A stretch of 64,000 nucleotides of DNA from the NCBI GenBank assembly GCA_002299835.1, contig DBNT01000114.1, positions 1,123 through 65,122 of the forward strand, given 5' to 3'. The notes under the pieces were generated by a model. It saw only the letters and a list, made by a program, of their open reading frames with translations. It searched no databases and had not been told where the DNA came from. The stretch comes from Nitrospiraceae bacterium UBA665 (GTDB lineage Bacteria > Nitrospirota > Thermodesulfovibrionia > Thermodesulfovibrionales > Dissulfurispiraceae). Position 1 is the stretch's first letter. Every line of letters begins with the position of its first letter. Of this stretch, positions 8,214-15,452 are shown in pieces. The translations under genes were made by a program, and so were the position numbers.

Positions 8214-9869
8214 ATGAGTTTGATGATCAACGAAAAGAGGTTGTTTAGCCTCATAGGTAATTTTTTTGCACATCCTGAAAATGTGATATATGAGCTGGCG
8301 CAAAATGCAGCTCGGTCTAAAGCCACTCGCATGGATATCACATTTGAAGAAGGACGCCTGACGGTTAAAGATAACGGCAATGGAGCGAAGGATTACAAGG
8401 CGCTGCTGGTTGTGGCCGAATCCGATTGGTCTGATGATGTTGAAGAAGATCAAATGCCGGCAGGTTGGGGTAATTATTACCTCATTGCACTATCAAAGAT
8501 AGTCACCTACAGAAGTCTTTTTGGGTCTTTAACGATTGATTGTCCGAGGTTTCTTAAAGACCCCGACTATAGGAATAACATTTTCTCTGAAGTCAATAAA
8601 AAAGACATTTTATTGACAGGTTTTGAGGTTGAGGCTGAATTGCTGCCAGAGGTTGTAAACAAAGTACAGCCGCATCTCTGCAACCTTTCTTTTTTTCCAA
8701 TGGATATAAATATTAATGGTGTTCCTATACAAAAAGCCTCGATTGAGAATATTGTATTAGAACATGATATCCAGGCGAATTATCAAGGCAACCGAATAGG
8801 GATAGATGTGAGCAAACATTTATTAGGTTCTCCCAGAGACTTTCTCTCCTTTTTATCGGTTGTATGGTATGGCATTCCGGTGGGTGGATATCGCTCTAGA
8901 GGTGGTTATGGAGGAGTGTTTTTGTCCGTAAATACAGGCTCTCCTGTAACACCTGTACTTCCTTTTCGTCAGACAATTAAAGATGATGAAAAACTATCAG
9001 ACCTGTATAATTTTGTACACAAAGAGGTTGTCAATTATTGCACATCCTTGCTGAATAATTCTGAATGCCACGATAAGTATAAGTTGATGCTTGCATCAAC
9101 AATTCTGTCACAATATGCCTCGCAGTTTGAACTTGACAATCTCTCTCGTTTTTGCATTACCACTTCGGAGCCTTACTGCAACATAGAATCATCGGGCGAT
9201 TCATCAATGACGTTAGTGATTGTGGATAGACTATCACCTATCGTGCGTAATGAGAGTGTAAAGCTTTACATCAACGGTAAAGATGAGGACATACAAGGTG
9301 GTTTATTTTTACCGGAAGGAACTATTGTTGAGGCAGATATCCCTAAAATGAAACCTTCATGGCTTAATGTGGAAAACAAAGAACATACCGTGACGGTTAC
9401 CACAATGGGTATTTCATACTCAGGTTATTATGAGTGGCAGAATGCTGTTACCTCATGCAAAGGGAAAGATATCAAAGTCCTCGCTCTTGTCTCTTATGCC
9501 AGAAATGGAACTATGTATTACTCGAAGACTCCTACTGTGTATTACTCGGAGACTCCTGATGAGTTTTATGGTATTTCGGATTTTGTTTTCTCGCAGGTTG
9601 AATATAATGAAGACAAAGGCAATTTTGACACGCAAGAGTCTTACTTCAACGAGAAGATAGGCGAGGACATCCAAAATATTACTGGCTTGTATAGTGCAAG
9701 CGATTTGCTTATAGGTCTCTCTAACGTTCTCGGTATACGGGCGTCTGATGTTGTTTCTCTCGTATACAATAAGGATTCAAAAACTCTTACCGTGAAAACG
9801 GAAAAGCGAATAAGAGGCACAAATTCAGTCGAAGCGGAGGTCAAGGAGATGCTGTTCAAAGTCGCTTAG
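8214..9869 (+). CDS. GHKL-superfamily (Bergerat-fold) ATPase-like protein with a long uncharacterised C-terminal region
   Basis: N-box YELAQNAARS and G1 box VKDNGNGA near the N-terminus. AAAGGAG RBS. Terminator follows. Confidence 0.55.
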   Translation: MSLMINEKRLFSLIGNFFAHPENVIYELAQNAARSKATRMDITFEEGRLTVKDNGNGAKDYKALLVVAESDWSDDVEEDQMPAGWGNYYLIALSKIVTYRSLFGSLTIDCPRFLKDPDYRNNIFSEVNKKDILLTGFEVEAELLPEVVNKVQPHLCNLSFFPMDININGVPIQKASIENIVLEHDIQANYQGNRIGIDVSKHLLGSPRDFLSFLSVVWYGIPVGGYRSRGGYGGVFLSVNTGSPVTPVLPFRQTIKDDEKLSDLYNFVHKEVVNYCTSLLNNSECHDKYKLMLASTILSQYASQFELDNLSRFCITTSEPYCNIESSGDSSMTLVIVDRLSPIVRNESVKLYINGKDEDIQGGLFLPEGTIVEADIPKMKPSWLNVENKEHTVTVTTMGISYSGYYEWQNAVTSCKGKDIKVLALVSYARNGTMYYSKTPTVYYSETPDEFYGISDFVFSQVEYNEDKGNFDTQESYFNEKIGEDIQNITGLYSASDLLIGLSNVLGIRASDVVSLVYNKDSKTLTVKTEKRIRGTNSVEAEVKEMLFKVA

Positions 9870-9887
9870 CGTGCAATGGTATTAACT

Positions 9888-9932
9888 AAAAGCCGCCTGT
9901 TGAATTTTTCGGCAGGCGGCTTTTCTTTTTTT
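9888..9932 (+). terminator. rho-independent terminator
   Basis: AAAGCCGCCTG...CAGGCGGCTTT followed by a T-run. Confidence 0.7.
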
Positions 9933-9944
9933 GAGGAGGATTTT

Positions 9945-10100
9945 ATGCTTTACGGTCATAGCTATTTTGGTGTAGGCAAGCTGGTTGCTAATAATGGCGA
10001 AGTGATAATAATTGATTTCAAGCATTACGGCATCAAGGAAGTGCCTGTAGCAAATGTGCAGCCAACACAGGCTGGATATGGCGACCTGTGGTTTTATTAA
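9945..10100 (+). CDS. hypothetical 51-aa protein
   Basis: GAGGAGG RBS before ATG 9945. The track ORF start lies inside the terminator. Confidence 0.4.
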   Translation: MLYGHSYFGVGKLVANNGEVIIIDFKHYGIKEVPVANVQPTQAGYGDLWFY

Positions 10101-10143
10101 AGGTTTATGATTAACTCTCGCTTTGCGGGAGCAATTTTTACTT

Positions 10144-10175
10144 ATCCCATTAGATACAAAGTTATCTAATGGGAT
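10144..10175 (+). promoter_or_regulatory. perfect 13-bp inverted repeat: operator or RNA processing hairpin
   Basis: ATCCCATTAGATA-caaagt-TATCTAATGGGAT, no T-tract, directly upstream of the RBS of 10189. Confidence 0.4.
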
Positions 10176-10188
10176 CATGAGGTGATTT

Positions 10189-10641
10189 ATGTTACAGACA
10201 GCAATAACAAAGACAGCAGTAAAGGGATTTGTAGTAGAAAAAGTTACAGCGGAGGACATCAACTCAGGTGTAAATAAAATTATGTCAACGCTAAATGCGG
10301 ACACTCTCAGCAGGTTTGATAAGATATTCATCAAAAGAGCGCTGGGGGAAAAGGTGTTTGTGTCCCAACATGTTGAAGTGGACAAGTTCGCATTTATAGT
10401 CAGTAGCTTTCACATCGGCATGAATAACCAGAACGGAGATACTGTATCGCAACTCGGGAAAATTTTCCTTTACACGGAAAATAAATTCCTGAAAGTTTTG
10501 GCAGGATTGGCATTAAGAAGGCTTCATTATAATGTCAGCCTTCCTATGGACACCACTGAGATCAAAGAGGCTACCTACAAACTTGTAGGACTCGCTTTTA
10601 GGGTTGGCAACGACATAGAAAAAACCTACGCGTCTAATTGA
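10189..10641 (+). CDS. hypothetical protein
   Basis: GAGGTG RBS. 150 aa. Confidence 0.55.
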   Translation: MLQTAITKTAVKGFVVEKVTAEDINSGVNKIMSTLNADTLSRFDKIFIKRALGEKVFVSQHVEVDKFAFIVSSFHIGMNNQNGDTVSQLGKIFLYTENKFLKVLAGLALRRLHYNVSLPMDTTEIKEATYKLVGLAFRVGNDIEKTYASN

Positions 10642-10664
10642 ATTTCAGTTTGAAAACATAGAGC

Positions 10665-10689
10665 GCGGTTAAGCAGCTCCTTGAGCCAA
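10665..10689. repeat. 25-nt direct repeat, left copy
   Basis: GCGGTTAAGCAGCTCCTTGAGCCAA versus GCGGTCAAGTAGCTCCTTGAGCCAA at 11270..11294. Confidence 0.7.
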
Positions 10690-10802
10690 AAAGACCGCGC
10701 TTGGTTATTTATTTTGAATGAGGTGTCTTATGTTTTATACAAAGAGGATTCTTTGCAAAATTTATCACTGATGAGGATGTTCATAAAAAATCTCTACAGA
10801 GA

Positions 10803-10985
10803 ATGTCTAAGTCAGGGCTTTATGAGTTTGAATTTATTGCAGACTCTATCGGAGACACGATAGCCGTAAGTTTCTCTGTAGCTGAAGGGTCAGTATCAGC
10901 AGAAAGGGAATTATTATTCAAGGAGTTTTACGAATCATATTGGGATATGGTTGATATGGTTGATGAGGCAAAAAAGGGAGATTGA
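10803..10985 (+). CDS. hypothetical acidic protein
   Basis: 60-aa ORF with no clear RBS. Confidence 0.3.
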   Translation: MSKSGLYEFEFIADSIGDTIAVSFSVAEGSVSAERELLFKEFYESYWDMVDMVDEAKKGD

Positions 10986-10986
10986 T

Positions 10987-11226
10987 TTATAATGAGTTTA
11001 TTATCCGAACCCATTCTTTAGCCTTCTTTTCAGCCTTATCATATGGATATCCCTCTTTAAGAAACCCGGCGGTTACCTCAATCTCTTCTTCTTCCTGAGT
11101 CATATTCTCAGTAGTCACTACAAGAGATTTCGGATGCCCGGACTGCCTGAATAACTCTTTTAGAAAAGGCAATTCAAGGGTTTTTCTTTTTTCAGTTTCG
11201 CTCTTTATGTCTTTGTAAGCTGCCAT
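10987..11226 (-). CDS. small acidic hypothetical protein, leaderless; paralog of 1..215
   Basis: ATG lies 7 nt downstream of the P4 -10 box. C-terminal similarity to the 1..215 product. Confidence 0.6.
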   Translation of the reverse strand: MAAYKDIKSETEKRKTLELPFLKELFRQSGHPKSLVVTTENMTQEEEEIEVTAGFLKEGYPYDKAEKKAKEWVRIINSL

Positions 11227-11233
11227 ATATCTA

Positions 11234-11262
11234 TATATACAGCTTTAGCAGAGAAAAGTCAA
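11234..11262 (-). promoter_or_regulatory. sigma70-type promoter P4, leaderless
   Basis: CTTGACTTTTC with TTGACT, 17 nt, TATATA, 7 nt, ATG. Confidence 0.6.
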
Positions 11263-11269
11263 GCAATCC

Positions 11270-11294
11270 GCGGTCAAGTAGCTCCTTGAGCCAA
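11270..11294. repeat. 25-nt direct repeat, right copy
   Basis: 23 of 25 nt identical to 10665..10689. Confidence 0.7.
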
Positions 11295-11309
11295 GTGGTA
11301 GTAGTTCCG

Positions 11310-11480
11310 ATGTCTCCGGACGACAGCATTAAAATAGAATACCGCATAGTCTCGATTGTTAACGCAGGTTATGTAGTTGAAAAAAAGAAATGGGGCGGCT
11401 TGATAATAACCGACCCATCAGTAAAATATGCGTGGGAAACCGCTGACATGATGGTTGATATTAAGAGAATCCTCACCTAA
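11310..11480 (+). CDS. hypothetical protein; start uncertain
   Basis: ORF 11286..11480. First ATG at 11310. Weak RBS. Confidence 0.35.
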   Translation: MSPDDSIKIEYRIVSIVNAGYVVEKKKWGGLIITDPSVKYAWETADMMVDIKRILT

Positions 11481-11711
11481 TTATGCATTGTCCCAAAGGT
11501 CTTTAGCTATATCCTTTGCAAGAGACCTCGCATTATTTTCTGCTGCTCCTCCTACAATAAGGCAGTGATAAACGTCAAACTCAACTTCTTCAATGCTGCC
11601 GCAATGATCACAACTGCATATATCTGATTCGTCTGCTCCCAGTGCGGTTATTACTGCTTGCAATGGGGCGCTTTTATTAACCTTTAATGGTTTTTTCGCC
11701 AGTTCAGCCAT
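11481..11711 (-). CDS. hypothetical protein
   Basis: AAGGAG RBS. Served by promoter P5. Confidence 0.55.
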   Translation of the reverse strand: MAELAKKPLKVNKSAPLQAVITALGADESDICSCDHCGSIEEVEFDVYHCLIVGGAAENNARSLAKDIAKDLWDNA

Positions 11712-11749
11712 TTATTTATTCTCCTTTTTTGTTTTTTGCTTTATATGTA

Positions 11750-11778
11750 TTTATAAGCTGAAGCGGCGGAAAAGTCAA
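11750..11778 (-). promoter_or_regulatory. sigma70-type promoter P5
   Basis: CTTGACTTTTC with TTGACT, 17 nt, TATAAA, followed by a leader carrying an SD. Confidence 0.55.
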
Positions 11779-11821
11779 GGCAAATTATGCCAAATCATTT
11801 TAGAAGACAAGGAGGAAAAAA

Positions 11822-12034
11822 ATGAGAAACTATGTAGTATGGAGAGATAGAAATGGGTCTCTCCAATGGTGTTTGCCAACAAAGGGAATCGAAAATCATC
11901 TACAATGGAGCGATATTGTAGACAGACTAAAAGAACATATTGAAAAGATACCGCTGGATGCAAAAATTATTAATGCAGCAAATAAGGATGAAGCGATGAG
12001 AATATTCATCAAGCTTTCACCCCCATCCTTATAA
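11822..12034 (+). CDS. hypothetical protein
   Basis: AAGGAGG RBS. The stop codon abuts the right end of the TnpB element. Confidence 0.55.
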   Translation: MRNYVVWRDRNGSLQWCLPTKGIENHLQWSDIVDRLKEHIEKIPLDAKIINAANKDEAMRIFIKLSPPSL

Positions 12035-12330
12035 TTGACATCCTCCCCACGCCTAAAGACGGGGGATTCCCGAAGACAACCGAACAGGACTGCGCCTGTT
12101 CAGACTGAGCTCTCCGATGATCCCTTTCAGACTGTCTGTACAGACCAGTCCTTGAGCGTCAAAGTTCTCACCCAGATGTCGGTCTTCGTCTATGCGAGAG
12201 CAGCTCAGGGGACTCCTATCGAGACCCACGGCAAACCCTGAAGTCTGTCCGTTCGCTACTTTGGCATAATGCCAGCAGCTCGCAAAAAGCAGTTGTCTAT
12301 CTGCTTTGTGGTCTAACGGCAGCAAAAGAC
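12035..12330 (-). ncRNA. candidate omega/reRNA scaffold of the solo TnpB; extent approximate
   Basis: GC-rich, low-complexity translation. Hairpins include GAACAGG-cgcagt-CCTGTTC. Located at the 3' end of tnpB. Confidence 0.45.
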
Positions 12331-13861
12331 TGCCTCCCACTCCGCTGGCACAGGGGCTGTAGAACAATCCCAGATAGGCTGACAAAACATCTCTCTGGCT
12401 TTTAACCCCGCACTCACACTCATGCACCCGCTGGGAGAGCTTCTTCTTTTGCCTTTTCCCGCAGAGGCAGAGTTGAGACAAGGCGGTTTTCAGTGGTATC
12501 AAAGTCGTATCGTCCCCGGCGCTTTCAGCCTTGGCGAAGATAGTGTTTTTAACCAACGATGGCGCATTGTATCCCACTGACCTGCCATAATTCTTTTGCC
12601 ATGATCTGATTGAAACATCCTCAGTCTTAAACGAACAGCCCAGTGCGGTAAGTATATTGGCAAACTCATTCAGGGCTGTTTTTCTTGTCGCTGCTATCAG
12701 GCGATGCATTTCTCTGATGGCAGTCCTTGTTTGTTTATAACCTTCCGAAAAGACCCATTCCCCCCTGCGTTTTTTAGCAGTCCCGTCTGTGTTGTAATTG
12801 TTGGGGTTGTTGGCACGCCTTTGCCTATCAAGTTTTCTTTGCAGTTTTCTTAGATCAGACTGGTATTCTATAATCTTGTTAAAAACAGGTTGGAGGGCTG
12901 CAATAACAGTGTCTTCATTGCGAAGGACTACTGCCATATTTCTCGGCCCCATATCGAATGCAACATGGAACTGTTTGTACAGTCCGATATAGCGTATCTG
13001 CTCAATAACCTTGCTGGTTTTAGGAAATTCGATAATGTTAGAGACATAATGCTTGAGCCTCAGTCTATTAGTAGGCTTACCTTTTGAGACTGCATTGTGT
13101 ATCAGTTCGGAGTTGTGCTGCAGTATCCTGAGATTCTCCTCTTCAACCCGTTCATCAGTCATACCCATGGGTCTTATGTCTATAACAAACTGCACATAGA
13201 AGACATCATTGCCCTTGATAATTCGCCTGATTACCCGGATATAGGAAACATCAACAGCTTCATGGTTTTTAAAGTTATCGATTATCTGCTGTAGATACCA
13301 GTTGTGATAGCCATCATCTTTGCGGTAGTCTAATATCAGAGGGATAGTTATTTTCTTTTTGCCAATGCCATAAGTAACAGCTTTGGCGTCATGGTTAAAC
13401 ATAAAACCGGTATCAGTGGATTTGGAATGAACAGATGACAGGATATTATCCCACTTGCCCTTAAACCTGACCTTTTTCGCCTTGCCGTAGAGAACCTTTT
13501 TTATAGCTTCAAATGCCCTGTCAGCCAGTACTTGTGCAAACTGGGAGTTGAATTTGTCACTGAGATACCCAATATGGTCTTTGACGAACTTCTCGATGTC
13601 GGTTTTGGTGAGGAAATATCTGCCAGCAATTATCTCTTCAAGAAGCTTATCGACCACTGCGGTATTACATTTTGCTTTCTTCAGGTCTCTGCGGAAAGGC
13701 AATAGCGACTGGTATTCTTTATCCGCCCTGATGCGATTCAAGCGTTTTCTGCATTCAGACAGAGCAAGGTTATAGACGTTCTTTCCCTTATCCAGAAGTT
13801 TCAATAAAAACTTCTGATCGGAACGGCTTGCTTTAAGTTTAAACTCTATTGTTTTCTTCAT
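12053..13861 (-). CDS. tnpB: TnpB RNA-guided endonuclease family protein. The true stop is uncertain because the distal ~90 codons are probably RNA read-through
   Basis: FDMGPRN (RuvC-I). FKTEDVS (RuvC-II). Zinc ribbon CLCG...HECECG followed by QRDVLSAYL (RuvC-III). ATG at 13861. Confidence 0.8.
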   Translation of the reverse strand: MKKTIEFKLKASRSDQKFLLKLLDKGKNVYNLALSECRKRLNRIRADKEYQSLLPFRRDLKKAKCNTAVVDKLLEEIIAGRYFLTKTDIEKFVKDHIGYLSDKFNSQFAQVLADRAFEAIKKVLYGKAKKVRFKGKWDNILSSVHSKSTDTGFMFNHDAKAVTYGIGKKKITIPLILDYRKDDGYHNWYLQQIIDNFKNHEAVDVSYIRVIRRIIKGNDVFYVQFVIDIRPMGMTDERVEEENLRILQHNSELIHNAVSKGKPTNRLRLKHYVSNIIEFPKTSKVIEQIRYIGLYKQFHVAFDMGPRNMAVVLRNEDTVIAALQPVFNKIIEYQSDLRKLQRKLDRQRRANNPNNYNTDGTAKKRRGEWVFSEGYKQTRTAIREMHRLIAATRKTALNEFANILTALGCSFKTEDVSIRSWQKNYGRSVGYNAPSLVKNTIFAKAESAGDDTTLIPLKTALSQLCLCGKRQKKKLSQRVHECECGVKSQRDVLSAYLGLFYSPCASGVGGSLLLPLDHKADRQLLFASCWHYAKVANGQTSGFAVGLDRSPLSCSRIDEDRHLGENFDAQGLVCTDSLKGIIGELSLNRRSPVRLSSGIPRL

Positions 13862-13878
13862 GCTCACCACTTATACTC

Positions 13879-13907
13879 CTTATACGGTGAAAATCAGAAA
13901 AAGTCAA
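13879..13907 (-). promoter_or_regulatory. sigma70-type promoter P6, upstream of tnpB
   Basis: CTTGACTTTTTC with TTGACT, 17 nt, TATAAG. Confidence 0.5.
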
Positions 13908-13990
13908 GGGGTTGCACGCCTTATATCCCCATGGATAAATCCAGGGGCTTTACGGCGCTTTCGTGGTAAATATCTCAACAGGAGGTTTTC

Positions 13991-14242
13991 GTGAAACTTG
14001 TTGTATTGCCAGATGCAGAATACAAAAAAATCAGAGAATTAATTTCGGAAAGAGGCGTTGTCCTGATGCCCGAGTCATTGGCTGATAAGCATGATAGAGA
14101 CAATCTCCATAATGCGGTAAATGATTATGATTTCGGTGGAGAGGCAGATGTGTGGGCGGATTTTGTTGACAGCGATGACCATTTCTTTTTGTCAGAACTT
14201 AAAGACGGCAGCAAAGAGAAAGGTGGTGGACAATGCGATTAA
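13991..14242 (+). CDS. hypothetical acidic protein
   Basis: AGGAGG RBS. GTG start. Confidence 0.5.
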   Translation: MKLVVLPDAEYKKIRELISERGVVLMPESLADKHDRDNLHNAVNDYDFGGEADVWADFVDSDDHFFLSELKDGSKEKGGGQCD

Positions 14243-14358
14243 TGGAATTATACGAGCAATTGCGAGTTCTCTATCCATCGCTTTCTAACCGTGAATTAAA
14301 AGAACTCGCAATCAAACAGTTTGAGCGGTTTAGGAACGGCGAGATGATAGTTAATTAA
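14233..14358 (+). CDS. hypothetical 41-aa protein
   Basis: GGTGGTGG RBS-like run. Overlaps the upstream stop. Confidence 0.3.
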   Translation: MRLMELYEQLRVLYPSLSNRELKELAIKQFERFRNGEMIVN

Positions 14359-14599
14359 CTATGTGACATCTCGCCTGCACTAAATGCCCACAGAGAGGAC
14401 ATATAGGCTCTGCAATTTTATATGTCCTCTCGCCCAGCGTTAGTTCGCTGAATATAACCCTGACTTTATCGCTCATGATGTTAATAACTTCAAGACAGAG
14501 AGGACATATAAGTTTTTCCTGAATAACCGCTGCTGTTTTGTCCTTGAGGTCTTGCGCAAAAATTAGCTTTTCAAGCTGATGTTCTACTGTTGTTATCAT
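14351..14599 (-). CDS. small double CxxC zinc-binding protein
   Basis: CPLCLE and CPLCGH. AAGGAG RBS. Served by promoter P7. Confidence 0.55.
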   Translation of the reverse strand: MITTVEHQLEKLIFAQDLKDKTAAVIQEKLICPLCLEVINIMSDKVRVIFSELTLGERTYKIAEPICPLCGHLVQARCHIVN

Positions 14600-14617
14600 A
14601 GAATCTCCTTTTGTTTA

Positions 14618-14646
14618 TATATACGGCTTTTGAAGGTAAAAGTCAA
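14618..14646 (-). promoter_or_regulatory. sigma70-type promoter P7
   Basis: TTGACT, 17 nt, TATATA. The -35 box overlaps the stop codon of 14643..15404. Confidence 0.55.
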
Positions 14647-15404
14647 GAAATCGGAAATTGCCGAATCAGTTCCTTGTCGTAGGCATCTTTGATATTGTTT
14701 TTCATGAAAACAGGCACATCCATCTGTTTAGCTTGATTTGCTATAGGCTCTATCTGTTTGATGTGAGGCACGACAGGGTTTTTCCCTGTCTGAGCGCCAA
14801 TAATAATCCAGTCAACTCCTTCAATAGTGCTGCTGCTTACATAGCCAAGCAAGGGCTCTATGCTTAAAAATAATACTTTAGCCTTTGCTTTTTTGAGATG
14901 TTGAACCTGCCCTTTATCTATATCGGAATTAATAGATGCGCCTACCCAAACATTATCTGGATAGTAGAAATCAGATAGCCGAGATGGATTCTTAGTTAAC
15001 AGCAGGAATGTATGCCATGCGCACTGCTCTGCCACTTCCAGTATCTGTTCAATCCACATGTCCGGCACCCACTCACCGAACATATCACCTGTGTCCACGG
15101 TGAATATTTTTGCAGGCTTTTTAACTTTCATCGGCTCATGCAGCCTATGTGGATAAAAAGTGGGATCATATCCGTAAGGATATATCTCGCCTTTCTCTGC
15201 AATGTGAATGCCACCGGTTTGTCTTTTCCGCCAGTCTTTTTCCCAGACGATATCTCTGGATGGCAGTTTATGTTTTGCGCCGAATCGGTTCAGGGGAGCA
15301 GTTGATTTTGTTGTGTTGTAGCAGTAGGTGTGCCTGCATTTGTGAAGACAGCCAGTTATAGGATTCCATGTGTAATCGCACCATTCAATAGTAGTTTTGT
15401 TCAT
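14643..15404 (-). CDS. DUF5131 / phage Gp37-Gp68 family three-Cys-motif protein, leaderless
   Basis: N-terminus MNKTTIEWCDYTWNPITGCLHKCRHTYC matches the IEW.D.TWNP.TGC signature. About 250 aa. Confidence 0.75.
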   Translation of the reverse strand: MNKTTIEWCDYTWNPITGCLHKCRHTYCYNTTKSTAPLNRFGAKHKLPSRDIVWEKDWRKRQTGGIHIAEKGEIYPYGYDPTFYPHRLHEPMKVKKPAKIFTVDTGDMFGEWVPDMWIEQILEVAEQCAWHTFLLLTKNPSRLSDFYYPDNVWVGASINSDIDKGQVQHLKKAKAKVLFLSIEPLLGYVSSSTIEGVDWIIIGAQTGKNPVVPHIKQIEPIANQAKQMDVPVFMKNNIKDAYDKELIRQFPIS

Positions 15405-15410
15405 GTCTAT

Positions 15411-15438
15411 ATTATACGGCTTTGCCGTAAAAAATCAA
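15411..15438 (-). promoter_or_regulatory. sigma70-type promoter P8, leaderless
   Basis: TTGATT, 16 nt, TATAAT, 6 nt, ATG. Confidence 0.55.
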
Positions 15439-15452
15439 CAATGGAGGTGTTT

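Larger units (their letters stand above)
12035..13960 (-). mobile_element. solo TnpB element, IS200/IS605-IS1341 type with no TnpA; ends approximate
   Basis: TnpB ORF, structured 3' region, and a subterminal hairpin CCCCTGGA-ttta-TCCAtGGGG at about 13925-13950. Confidence 0.55.

Noticed and set aside
9515-9562. 24-nt in-frame tandem duplications: 9515-9562 in the GHKL gene, and a similar ~24-nt pair at ~18689-18740 in the MTase-helicase.
   Set aside because: Only two copies each, and both are in frame. They are most simply replication-slippage duplications rather than functional repeats.
12053-12330. The C-terminal ~90 codons of the solo TnpB ORF as genuine protein sequence.
   Set aside because: The translation after the RuvC-III block is Gly/Ser/Leu/Arg-rich. 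The DNA is GC-rich and hairpin-dense, and its position matches the expected omega RNA. It is treated as read-through of an RNA gene, and the true stop is unresolved.
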